Positions 50,701-64,000 of a stretch of DNA of 64,000 bases are shown here, in pieces. The position numbers and the translations under genes were made by a program. Where the stretch lies: contig MU053873.1 in NCBI GenBank assembly GCA_013239625.1, positions 572,524-636,523 of the forward strand, written 5' to 3'. The notes beneath the pieces are model-generated. The model was not told where the DNA came from. It ran no database searches and saw only the letters and a program-made list of their open reading frames with translations. This DNA comes from Lama guanicoe (taxonomy: Eukaryota). Every line of letters starts with the position of its first letter. The first letter of the stretch is position 1.

Positions 50701-51735
50701 GGATAGCGACCATAAATAGGATCTATCCGATGCCAGATCACACTTTTTTGGTATAAGGAGTCCAATGGGCTGATTTTATTCTAGGAGCAGAAACCACAGT
50801 AAGGACCCCAAAGGTCACATCCCATGAGACTGTCGGGTGTTGGTGGGCTCACTGGTGTGGGTACCACTGGGGGTCAGGCAGGAGCAGAGGCAGGATGTTA
50901 TTTTATTATTGAGCATAATAAATGCTCTTCAGTGCCTCTGCATGTTGGGAGAATAATGAACTGTGGCAGAAGGGAAGCAGCAATCATTCAGTTAATTCAC
51001 TCAACAAGCACTGACTGCCCGTCTGCTGGGTGCCCACGATGGCAACGTCCCGACGTGAGTTCACGCCGACCATGACCACGCCGCGGGCCATGGAGGAGCC
51101 GAAGCAGAGACGGCCGTTAGCGCTGACGGAAGACGGTCCACTTAGACTGACTACAAATCAGACCCCTGTGCCGTTGGTTTGCTTTACTTGAAAAGAGTGT
51201 GGACGTGTAGAGAAAGGGAGGAAAATGGGGGAGTGTGGGCAGCCCCTTCAATCTGTGACCAGAAGCTGCCAAGTGGGACCAGGGATCTTCAGAGGCTGTC
51301 ACCCCGTGAAAGGTCTTGATCTTGAGTTAAAGACACCAGTCTTAAGAGCACCCAGATTTACCCCGTTTCCATGCTAGGGTTATTTATCTAAGGAGTATGC
51401 CACCAAAACAAAGGACTTGAGACAGACCTGACTGGACAAGAAGCCATGACCTTCCCCAGCCCGACAATGACACAGGATGTGAAGGGTGGCTGGTCCTACA
51501 GCCCCGCAACATGCTCTCCAGAACGAGGCAGGCTTCTGGCCCCTGGAGGCTGGTCTGGCCACACAGGGCGGACGCCTGCTCTCAGACTCAAGCATGCTGC
51601 AGCCAGTCCCCAGGCGCCACCTGCTGCGGCGGGGCTCGGCGGGGCCGGCGGACAGAGACAGGCAAGCTCATGCAGGGGTTAGTATCACAGAGGGCAGTCC
51701 CGTCACCACATACAGAGTACCTGGGAATAACCTAC

Positions 51736-51780
51736 TTTGAGGGCTCAAATGCAGATAGGTCTTCTGCCTTGGGCTTGAGG
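51736..51780 (-). CDS. NF2: NF2 cassette exon 16 (45 bp), isoform-2 C-terminus PQAQGRRPICI* (stop 51747-51745)
   Basis: gtttag|CCTCAAGCCCAAGGCAGAAGACCTATCTGCATTTGAGCCCTCAAA|gtaggt. Confidence 0.96.
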
Positions 51781-53138
51781 CTAAACCAGCAAAATAAAAC
51801 GAAGAGAAACAAAAACACACCCTGTGATATCAACAATGCCACATGTGCCATTTGCAAAATGCTCAGACAGGCCTGAAACTGTGACAAGTGACTTCATTTG
51901 TTTGTTTTTATGGCTTGGAAACGGGTCTCTCCAGCTTTCAGCACGCCAGGGCCCCGTGGCTGAGGGCCCGGCTCACCGCAGCCGCAGCAAAGACGAGCCT
52001 GCCCGGCGCCCAGAGGAGCGAGCTGGGCAGGGAGGGTCCGCGGCAGCTTCTTCGAGGGCTGATGGGCTCGCTGGCCCGGTCATCCTTCTGCCCCTCGGCT
52101 CACTGGCTGAGGCCACACCCCAGCTCCCCTTTGCTGTTTCATAATTTGGTTTGAGAGGGAAACTCAGTTAAGTTATAGAAGTCAGAGGAAAAAAGAACGT
52201 GGAACATGGAAAGTTCTCTCCTTCCAAGTCACAATATTAAAGGGAATTCTCTACTCGCTGCCAATACTAACTGAAGCCAAGAGGGAAGATTCAGGGCTCC
52301 TGACTTTACCCCTCAACCATGGCACGGATCTCAGAGTTTTCAGACACAGCCTACCACTGCAAATAGATAGTCCTCAAACTGGGAGACCATTTTAAAGACC
52401 AAGGTAAAGGGTAAAAAAATTAGACATATCTAAATATCATTATCTAAACTCAATGAACAGTCTTGTCTCATCGACCCCCACTTTGCAGGTGTTAACCTGG
52501 TCCTGGGGTATGAGAAAAGAGCAGACATCAACTGGCAAGAGAGGACCTCTCTGCTTTGCCCGGCGTAAGAGGTATACTCTTGGGCTGATGGATAGCATGG
52601 AATTTAACTTCCTCTAAAACGCTGAAAACTGAAAATATCAGTGGAGAAAGATATGAAACTGTTAGCAACATAAATGAGGTCTCATCTTTTAAAACATTAA
52701 GGTTCTTCTAGATACTTCCTTTTAAGTATGAAAAAAGTTAAAAATGCAGAATTTGGTCTCTACATCAAGAACAGGATTTTATAGTCCTTGCCACTTAAAA
52801 AACACAAAAAGACTAGAGGGGGATCCATTCTCAACAGCCTCTCTTTCATTTGGCTTTCTCATTAAGCAAGGCAGCTCTCCAGGCAGAACTCCCCTCGGCT
52901 TAAAAGACAGAATTGCTTTATTGCTAAATGATGGATCAAAACTCATCCTGTAATAGTGATTCATTCCACCAGGGCTTTTAACACAAGCTCCTCTTTCATC
53001 GAGCCAATGGGTTCACAGCTTTTGGCAGATTAAGTTCCCTTTCTGGCGTGAGTCAAAAAATTTCCTCAACTAATACGTACATGTGAAAAATGACAACAGT
53101 CTAACGACGGCTACGGAGGAAAACAGATGCCACCCTCA

Positions 53139-53534
<396 letters not shown>

Positions 53535-53672
53535 TCACTCCACTGCCTGGCATCCGTTTCCTCAGCCAGAAAACAGGGCTAATGATCTGGGGCTGTGGTC
53601 AGGATTAAATAGAAGGAAGTGTGGGAGAGCTCTGGTAAGCTCTCACACCAGCTGTAAAGGATAACAGATAGC

Positions 53673-53841
53673 TTTTTTTTTTAAATTTCGTTTCATTTTA
53701 AAATATTATTTATTTATTTTTGGTGGGGGATGATAATCAGGTTTATTTATTCATTTAATTTTTGATGGTGGTACTGGGGATTGAACCCAGGACCTTATGC
53801 ATGCTAGGCATGTGCCCTGCCACTGAGCTATGCCTGCCCCC
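53673..53841 (-). mobile_element. tRNA-derived SINE resembling the camelid vic-1 family, in NF2 intron 14
   Basis: minus strand: A-box TAGCTCAGTGG (53830-53820), B-box GGGTTCAATCCC (53788-53777), AAAT-rich body, poly(A) tail, imperfect flanking AACAGAT repeat. Confidence 0.8.
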
Positions 53842-54494
53842 GCCAAACAGATTTTAGTTCTGTACAAAAACCACAAGAAACAAGCCTCCTGGCATCCAAA
53901 ACAATCTCCTTAACCCTTCTCAGAGAAGGAATTCCACGCTGGTGTCCTCTTCTGATAGGCCATGGCCACATCCCTACTTGTTTTGGGACTTCATCTCCTA
54001 AAGATGACAGAAGCTCACTCAGCCAACACCATGAAGAGAAAGACAGCCACCATCACCTGCAAGCAGGCCCCCTGTGTCTGGGATGGTGAACACCTGGAAG
54101 CCATCCTCAGGGTGTCTAAGTACCCGGGCATGGCCAGGCAAACCGTGCAACTCAGGCACAAGGGACATTTTGTGGAGATTCCCATGGCTGGTTATGGACT
54201 CTGCCCACGTGTGCATGGGTCACAAATAAGAAAATACGAACTGTAAAAAAGCAGGACATGGAACAGGATGCAGATGCACCCTGATCACATCCACATAATG
54301 CTGAGCACGCCTGGAAATCGATGAAGGGCTGGAGGGGAACTCAGATCACGGGTGCATAGACAGGGACTCTGGTTCCCCCATCCTCAGTACGAGAGCCCAG
54401 AGAGACACGCTGCTCAGCCTGTGGCTGCCCGTGCTGGGCACTGGGAGAATTATCCGAGGGCACCACACCAGGTGAAAGTATGTCGGCTGCAGAG

Positions 54495-54675
54495 ACAGGC
54501 AGGGGGGTGGCTGAATCCCGGATCTGCCCCCGTCAGCTGTGGGGTGCTAGCTGAGTTCCTTCAATGCTCCAATTTATAAATGGGAACAGTAAACCCATCT
54601 TTGATGTCAGTTGCGGGGAATGAAATGAAGTAGGAGCTAAAGAACTTTGTCAGCCAGTGCCCAGCAGCTACTGTG
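54495..54675 (+). mobile_element. MIR SINE; further degraded MIRs near 7200, 12600, 15000, 22600, 25100, 30480, 32300, 49400 and 60880
   Basis: gaatcccggatctgcc...agctgtg...tttataaatgggaacagtaa...gtgcccagca. Confidence 0.6.
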
Positions 54676-55155
54676 ATGGGTCCCTGGCCAGGTGTGGCAC
54701 AGCTGGCCAACTGACCTACGGCTCTGATCAGGGGACCTCGGCTAGGCGTCCTCTACAGGGGGCTCCTTTCCATCTCAGATCCACTTCCCCGGCCATCACA
54801 AAAAGGAAGAGGACAGCTCAGGGGGTGCTGGGCTCAGCTGTGTGGCTCCATGCAGCAGGGCTGGCTCAACCTGGCTGTGGTCCCGGCCTTGAGCCTGAAA
54901 GCCTTCTCTCTCGCCCTTGTTCTAGACATGGGACCCAGCGCAGAGCTTGGCCACCAGAGAACACAATCAGGAAACGTGTTCCATCCCTGGTTAGAACACT
55001 ACCACCACGTGGACGGCAGTCTGGTGGTCCTGGAGACCAACAGCCAGTCCTACGCTCAGGTGAGCTCTGGAGGCACTGTGAACTCCAGTCACCAATCAAG
55101 TGTCATTTTTATCCTGAAGACCAAATGCCGGTCTGTTGCCCTTCCTTTCTGATCA

Positions 55156-55638
<483 letters not shown>

Positions 55639-56079
55639 TCACAAACGGTATGGATGATTAGCCCTTGGACCACCCTGCTTCCTGCTTCCATTCCCATGCT
55701 TAAACCATGTCTCCACCATACGCTCCATCTCTCTTCCAAGGCCCTCCTCCAACACTTCCATTTCTCACCAAAGCCTTTCTAGCTCTCTTGGGGCCAGGCG
55801 AGAACTCTTCTCTGCTGGGCGTTGACACTGTGTTCCTGGTTCTGTCAGGGCCCTTCCCTAATCTCACCCTGTGGAAGAGCCCCTTCTGTCTGTCTTCCTC
55901 TTTCTACTGTTGGCTAGTTTCCTGAGGGCAGGATCTGCCTCTTTTCACCCTTGGACATTTTACTGAGTCCAGGACAGGGTCTGGGAAAGAGCAGCGGCAG
56001 GAACACCCACCTGAGGCAATGCCAAGGCCTCAGGCAGACTGTCCGCGTGGGTATCGGAGGTGGTGCTGACCAGGGCTCC

Positions 56080-56600
56080 TGGGGCACGAGAACATTCTGC
56101 TTCCTGATCTAGGGGCTGGGTACATGGGTGTGTGGAGTTTGTGAAATTTCATCAGGCTGTACAGTTATAATCTGGACACTTCTCTGTAAGCACGTTATAC
56201 TTTGTACACATTTCTGAAAAGCGGAGTCCTGGGAGCTGCACCCCTGGTGAGAGCACACACTGGGACAACCTCTGCGGGGGCAGCGAAATGGAAAACCTGA
56301 CCCCGCTGTTCTGTTTATGAGAACTTAGTCTGCTGATATGTCCACGTGCACGTGCAAAGGTTTGCATTCGGGGATGATCAGTGCAGATTTGTTCATAATT
56401 GCAAAAGAAAACAGACTAAATACCCACCCACAGGGGACTAATTAATTACAATCCATCCATACAATGAAACGTGATTAAAAAGCTGACATGGACCATCTCC
56501 TCCAGGACTGAGTGATTGACTGGCTGTTAGAACAGTGCATAAAGTTTGCTCCAATGTGAGTTTTAAACACATGCACATCTCGAGTGTCCCGCCCGGTTGA
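56080..56600 (+). mobile_element. Degraded L1M fragments, NF2 intron 13
   Basis: tttgtgaaatttcatcaggctgtaca...gttatactt and gatttgttcataattgcaaaa motifs. Confidence 0.55.
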
Positions 56601-57577
56601 GCCCCCAGACAACTCCAGTCCCTGCTGCCATCTGCCGGCCACCAGCCCCCTCCAGATCCCGAGGAGGGAAACATCGGCCATGAGAGAGAACAAACAGTTT
56701 CTTTGGGCTACGTAGTGGCATGGGTTGGCTCGTCCCCAGTAATGGATGACCAGACAGGTGACAAAAGCAACTGCTCACATTTCCCCACCTCAAACCCCGG
56801 GCAGCTCGGCCTCTGTGACCCGCACACCTCTTCACTGCGTGTGTGTCCGTGCACTTGCCGGGAACACCCTATCGCCTCCTCCCTACCGGCGGGTTCCTGA
56901 CCCTTTGAGAGTCAGCCCAGGCACTTCCTGAGCTACCTCTGACCCTCCTGGCAGGGCTGAGCTCTCCTCTGGGCACCCGCACGCCCTGTCTGTACACAGA
57001 CCCCGCACCTGTCTTGTATTATGTGGAACAGAATAGGTATGCAAAAGTTTGCTGAACTGAGTGCACAGCAGAGAGGAAGGAACGAGGCTTCTCTGCTCAT
57101 CTGGTGACCTGTTTAAATGGAGTCTGCCTCCTTGTCCCCAAATCAAGTCTGGAAGCTGGTTCTCATAGGGCAGTAGCTCCCTCTGAGGTACCTGGGGCAT
57201 CCCTGCCCAGAACCACAACATGGCATGTGGTACACACAGTAGCTGAAGATTACTTTCAGCTTGGCAGTAAGAGGCTAGAGAGCAAGTTCTCTTGAGCACA
57301 ATCTGGGAGTACATTTCTTAGAGTAAGAAAATAATTTCAGAGCTGGAAAAGACCCTGTTGCCTGTTCTCAGGGCCACCAGAGAGCTGACTAACCAGCCCA
57401 AGGCCAAGTGGCGGACCAGACACCCGCCCCATCCCAGACTGCAGGCTCCCTGCACCACTCGCTCTGCCTGTGTTGCTCAACAGTCGCCCTGAAGTGGGTG
57501 CTGGGGGACCCAAAGGGCCGGGAGGGGAGGGACGGCCACGGGGTGAGGAGTGGTGGGGCCGGCGACCCCAGGCTCAC

Positions 57578-57683
57578 CGGGTACGTGGACTTGGTGGTGA
57601 TTTCCAGGAGCTTCTGCTTGGCTCTTCGCTCTGCCTCGCGGGCTTCCTGCAGGTCCTGCTTCAGCTGATCTGCCTCCTTGGCC
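57578..57683 (-). CDS. NF2: NF2 exon 13: [35 protein letters not shown]
   Basis: ttgcag|GGCC...TACCCG|gtgagc; 106 bp. Confidence 0.97.
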
Positions 57684-58324
57684 CTGCAAGAAACAGAGGC
57701 GCCATCAGCGCCCCAGAAGACGACAGGAGGAAAACAGAGGCTCCTTTTCTCCTCCCTCAAGGGAGAGGAGGGAGCTGGGCCAACCCTGCGGATGGCACCA
57801 GACTGGGCCAACAAGCCTGGTGCAGGGCAGAGGATGGGGGGCATTCACATGAAATCAGCCCCTTGGGGGAGGGGCTAGGAGCTTCCTTTGCTTCTTTCTG
57901 GGTGAGAGGGCAAAGGACTTATATGGGATCACAAAGGGCAGGAGTGAAAGAACTGGTTCTTCACGGCCCCAAGTGAAACCACCTCCTCAGGCAGGAAGAT
58001 GAGCACGTGGCCAAGGGCCTCATGCCTCGTCAGGACACAGGACCCAGGGACCTGGAACACAGGGAGTGACCACACTCGGAAAGAAAGGAGCCCAGGCCGG
58101 GGCAGGAAGCATGGAACTGTATCTCCAGAAGGATACGCAAAAAGCGGGAGAAAACTGTAGCTACGGTGCTTTGGCAGTTAGTGAGCAGCCAAGTTTAGGG
58201 GTTCTGAATCCACAGACCAAGTGCCATGAGGGGTGAGCTCGTGTTTATCTGACGGCTGCAGGACCAGGACAACCTGTAGCCCCGAACCACCTTCACAGAA
58301 CAGACTATACATGTCCATCCTTCA

Positions 58325-58927
<603 letters not shown>

Positions 58928-59133
58928 TCAGCGGGAATGGGGCTGGCGTGCTGCATCACCCAGATGGGTCCCAGACTCTCAAGCCTGCAAGAACCAGAGC
59001 CTCGGACTCCTGGGGGCCCCGCCACTGAGTGTCCCCAGGCCACACCCTTCAACTTCTCAGAGGAGACCCACTTGAGCCGAGGATTATGCTTTATGAAAAC
59101 CATTGTAACTCTGTCCTTCTTTCTCTGTAAATA

Positions 59134-59315
59134 AGTGGTTCACTTATTGCCCACTGAGGACATGTCACAATGTCTGGAGACACTTTTGACTGTCACAAAT
59201 GAGGGTGAGGTGGCGCCACTGGCATCTAGTGGGCGAAGGCCAGGGACACAGCTAACCAGCCCTCAATGCACAGGACAGCCCCCATCACCGGGCATGCAAG
59301 GCTGAGAAGCCCTGT
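59134..59315 (+). mobile_element. MER20 (hAT-Charlie) DNA transposon relic, NF2 intron 11
   Basis: caatgtctggagacacttttgactgtcacaa...ctggcatctagtggg...aatgcacaggacagcccc matches the recalled MER20 core. Confidence 0.8.
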
Positions 59316-59434
59316 GGAAAAGGTAGCCCACACGAGAGTGCAGTTTGGCTGCACTTGGAGGTTGAACTCAAGCTAAATCTGCTCCTGGAAACACAAGTGG
59401 AAAGAAAGACAATTTTTTTTAAGCTAAAATGTCA

Positions 59435-59761
<327 letters not shown>

Positions 59762-61789
59762 TTAGGTGCCAGTGTCACTCTCATCGCCTACCACCCTCTG
59801 TCCTTCTAAACCAGCGGTAGAGTTGAAAGTCCTGCTCCTTGAAAAAACACCTAATGGTAAATGAACAGACAATTGATCAAACAGCAGAAAAGTGAGCCCA
59901 GTTTTCAAACGGACGGAAGTGTGGGTTCTTACACACCGAGTGCTCAAATGGCTACCCTGCCCATGCACCTTTGTGCTGGGGGACCTCAGTGGCTCTGCCT
60001 GCAGCTGAGACATAATGCAGGCTCCTCCCCTGCTAGAGGTGTGGCTCCAGGGATCAACTACGTTCTCACCCAGATGGACCCCTCCCACACCTCTAATCTC
60101 ATCAATAGCTCCTCTCCTGCCTCTGACCCCCGGAGAGATGGAGTTGTTCTGTGCGCTGCATCAGTAGTGCACACAGTGTATTTCACAGGGGTAGGCACGC
60201 CGCCGAGGCAGCTTCTGAGCCAGGCCTGCAACAGGAGGACGCCTAGCGGGGCACAGGGCACAGAGCCGCCGCTGCCTCCCTTGCCTTCTGGATCACAATA
60301 TTAATTGGGCCACATGCCGGGCTTAATAAGAGGAACAGGCACAGGACAAGTGCTGTTCTCTGGGATCCTCGGGCCCTGACTGAGTTCAGAAAGCAGAAGC
60401 CAGAAGTGACCACCACACAATTTTCTTCCTTAAATAATTAAAGCACATTTAATTAGTCACTTTTTCCTTCCATCTTCTCCCAAACGCAAGATTTCTACCG
60501 TTGCTGTGTATTCTAAATACTAAGCCAAAAAAAAACAAAAATGCATGGGGCCTCAAAGGAATAATGCAAAGACAAGCAGTCAAATACCGTAAATTCCCCT
60601 CCAATTTTCCTCCTGCAGGTCAATGAGAAGCTTGGCCAATTTGTTCTCTAATTTCTATCATATTACGATTTCCATTAGGTGGATGACGACACCCCCATTA
60701 TCCTCCACTTGACAAAAGCCCAGAGTCCCCTTCCACTCCCAGCACTGCACATCCCCTGAGACCTCTGCCCCAATAATAAGGGACCTCCTGTTTGAAAAGC
60801 GGTTTCAGCTTACAAATGTGTTCAGGTACAGTGGGTCCTTTGATCTAAGATGCAGAAGAGAGATTCTTAGTTCCACTTGACAGGTGAGAAAACTGAGGTC
60901 TGGAAGGTTAACTCATTCACTAGTGTCACATGCTAAGTTTCACATCTGGCTCCAAGGTCCGTGTCTGTACTATGGGGCCAGGGAGCCCCTGACCTTTGGT
61001 TGCCGGGTGCCAGGGATGTGTGTCCGCCGTGCTGCAGGCAGTGCAGGCCGGGGTGTGTTCAAGCTGTTCTCTGCACAGCCTGGAGGCTTACATGCTCCTT
61101 GCCGTGTTCAGATGTCTCACTTCTAAGCTTTGCTCTGCTGATAAAGGGGTCAGAGAGGGCTCTTCTCGAAGTTGCCACTACGACCCTGTGCTGGCCCAGG
61201 AGCATTTCTTTGTCCAACAAAACCCATTCCACTACCCTCACAGCATCCCAAAGAGAACGTCTGTGGCCCGCCGTCTCAAGAAGCAGAGACGGACTGCTGA
61301 AAGCCCAATGGATCAAACTGGCATTTCATTCTAAATCTCAGGGCCGGGAGCCAGCCTCGTCAGAGGACCCAAATTAGAGAGCAGCACACAGACTAATTAT
61401 CACCCCTGTAAACCTGCAAGTCCTACGGGCAGCCAAATGCAGCTGCTGCTACTCTGTCTAGTAGTTCGTCCCAAACCACGATTGATATTCTCAGCAGCGA
61501 GGCTCAGGTTAGTTGTGTGGATTTCGGTGAGTCGAAGAGGTCTATGAGAGGAAAACAATGGTGCAGACCGTCCAGTCTGCTGATACGCGCTCCCGGCACC
61601 TCCCGCTGCGGGGATGCGCCGCCCGGGCTGACCTGCAGTGGGGATGTGCAGCCAGAGTCTAATTAGCATTCCAGCAGCGGCTCCGAGATGCTGCTGTGCA
61701 TCCCATCACCATCTAATTAGAAAAGAAGGCTGGGCACGGGAGACAGGCAGGCAGAAAGAATGAAAGCTTAGCTACACGGACAAGAGAGA

Positions 61790-61812
61790 GATGGATGGAT
61801 GGATGGATGGAT
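61790..61812. repeat. (GATG)n microsatellite
   Basis: gatggatggatggatggatggat. Confidence 0.85.
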
Positions 61813-62048
61813 ACACGTGGGCTTGGCTATTGCTGCCCAAGCCTGCATTAATCACAATTCACTTACTTCACTTAAGTGGTGAAATAACTGGGGACCTGTC
61901 TTTCAGATGTGCTGCTGGAGTTTATTCCTCATTTCCAGAGCTGATGTCCCATCATTTATTCATCAGCCAGTAAAGATCCAACAGGGATGAAATGAGAGTA
62001 GGCATGGCCATGGCCAAAGGACTCCTGTTGGCCCACAATCGCTCCTCA

Positions 62049-62264
<216 letters not shown>

Positions 62265-62519
62265 TCACTGCTGCAGCTCAGCGACCCATGGCATCTGGGC
62301 CTCAGGGCTCTTGTGAGCAGGGAAACCTGGAGAGAAAGTATGGAGGGAAATACCAGTGCCCTCCCAGTGGCCTCCAGGCCTCGGCTCTGGATGCAAAGTC
62401 AGGGCACCTGGGTGAAGATCACAGCCAAGAGAGGAAGGGTGATGTCTAAGCACATCTTCTGATGCACCTCACGCTATAGGCCAGGGAGGAAGGGAAAGCT
62501 GGCCAGTAGGCAGGCTGGG

Positions 62520-63660
62520 ACGACAGGTTATCCATGCAGAAAAAACCCAGCTGGATCCTCTCAGCCCCCAATGCCAAACTCAACTCCAGAAGAATTAAAG
62601 CCTTGAGTGCAAAGATGATGCCACGGATTATGCCCTGGAAACTCTTAGAAGAGAACATAAAAGAATATCTTGATGGTTGTAAGATAAGGAAAGATGTCAA
62701 GCAAGACACAAAAAAGCACAAATGATTAAGGAAAAGACGTATGTTCGTCTACATTAAATTTTTTTGTTTGTTAAGACATTATTAAAAAAAGAGGAAAAAT
62801 AAGACACAGCCCAGGAGAAGAGATAAACAATACTGAAAACAAACGATCCAAGAGAAACAGCCAACAGACATGAAACAAGTATTTGCCAGAAGAGACAATA
62901 AGACTGGCCAAATAGTATGCAAAAAGATACTCAACTCCATTAGTAAACATAAAGATACAAATTAATATGACAATGAGGTACCATTTTATGTATGCAAGAT
63001 TTGCAAAAAAATTTTAAAGGCTAGTAACACAATTACTGTAAGTTAATTCACCCTCTTTGGAAAACAACGGGACATAATCTTGAATTTGGATATACACCAC
63101 AGCCCTGAGGGCTGTACGAGAACATCCTCCAGACTCTAAGGAGACTGTTGCCCATGCTCACCAGCGGGCAGATACAGGAAATGTTTGGAACAGCCTTGTA
63201 AACATGGCTCAGAAGCAGAAGCATTTAATTGTCCATTAATAGGAGAATGGAAGAAAAAAATACTTTTTTTTTTTGCAGAATCTATAACAGAATACCATAC
63301 AACAGTGAAATGAAGGGACCACATCTTTAACTATCAACAAAGATAAATCTCAAAAAATGTGTAAAAAAGGCAAGTGAGAGGATAGAGTTGACAGCACATA
63401 TGTAAATTTCAGAAACATAAAACCTGCTAGTTTTGCCGTGTATGAAATAAAGTTCTGATGGAAAGCGAGGGATGGTAAGCACACAGCTGAGAGGAGGTCG
63501 CCCTTGGGAGGAGGGCGGACTGCAAGGTCAGATGTGAGGGGTCCACTTCTAACAGCTGGGTGGTGGGTAAGTAGCTATTTATTTGTCATTCTTCATACCC
63601 CATATATACATTATACTTGTCCTTTCATATGTATGAAGTACTATAATAAAAATAGCTTTT
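62520..63660 (+). mobile_element. Degraded ancient L1M (ORF2 end/3'UTR), NF2 intron 9
   Basis: A-rich; aactcttagaagagaacataaaagaatatctt, caaattaatatgacaatgaggtaccatttt, tgtccattaataggagaatgg typical of L1M. Confidence 0.75.
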
Positions 63661-63847
63661 CCTCATCATAAAATTTACGTTTGACTCCTTAGGTAAGCTA
63701 AAGAGAAGTCTTTCAAGGCTTATCAGAAAAGCATGCGAGGTACCATTCTACATCTTACAAGATGTCACTCTGCTACCGTTTCAAAAAGGACTTTTCAATT
63801 TCACAGAAAACCACAGTCAGTAATAAACACCAGGATCTCAAACTTAC

Positions 63848-63922
63848 CAGCTTATTAACACGAAGCTTCGAGGAGTTAAATTTGAAGACATCAATTTTCT
63901 TATCCAATGGCTTAATAGTAAA
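63848..63922 (-). CDS. NF2: NF2 exon 9: [25 protein letters not shown] (FERM F3); exons 1-8 are outside the window
   Basis: tttcag|TTTACT...AAGCTG|gtaagt; 75 bp. Confidence 0.97.
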
Positions 63923-64000
63923 CTGAAAGGAAGAAGCAGAAAACAGTGTCAGTCTGGCAGCCTAGGACGTCCTCGGCAACTGGGAAATTCCACCACAGCG

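Noticed and set aside
53770..53841. tRNA-like sequence
   Set aside because: Head of a SINE with an AT-rich tail, not a tRNA gene

Overview
GC-rich mammalian genomic DNA, probably camelid because it carries a vic-1-like tRNA-derived SINE. It covers the syntenic ZMAT5-CABP7-NF2 locus in reverse orientation relative to human chr22. It contains the last four coding exons of ZMAT5 (+ strand, 835-8472) and the complete 5-exon, 215-aa CDS of CABP7 (- strand, 19131-10060), whose CpG-island promoter is interrupted by a 370-N gap. It also contains exons 9-17 of NF2/merlin (- strand, 63922-41726), including cassette exon 16 and a ~3.7 kb 3'UTR. All coding exons were checked for GT-AG boundaries and reading-frame continuity. 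The rest is intron or intergenic DNA with ancient MIR, L2, L1M and MER repeats, and most ORFs in the supplied track are GC-rich noise or antisense shadows. I found no evidence of a new protein-coding system. The best leads are regulatory: an out-of-frame uORF overlapping the CABP7 start, a near-consensus REST/RE1 site upstream of CABP7, a probable tail-to-tail CABP7/ZMAT5 overlap that may use an L1-derived poly(A) signal, a QKI+RBFOX(+CTCF) module and tandem donors at NF2 exon 16, and several homeodomain/POU motif clusters between CABP7 and NF2. Orthologue comparisons are from memory and repeat boundaries are approximate, since no alignment was run.
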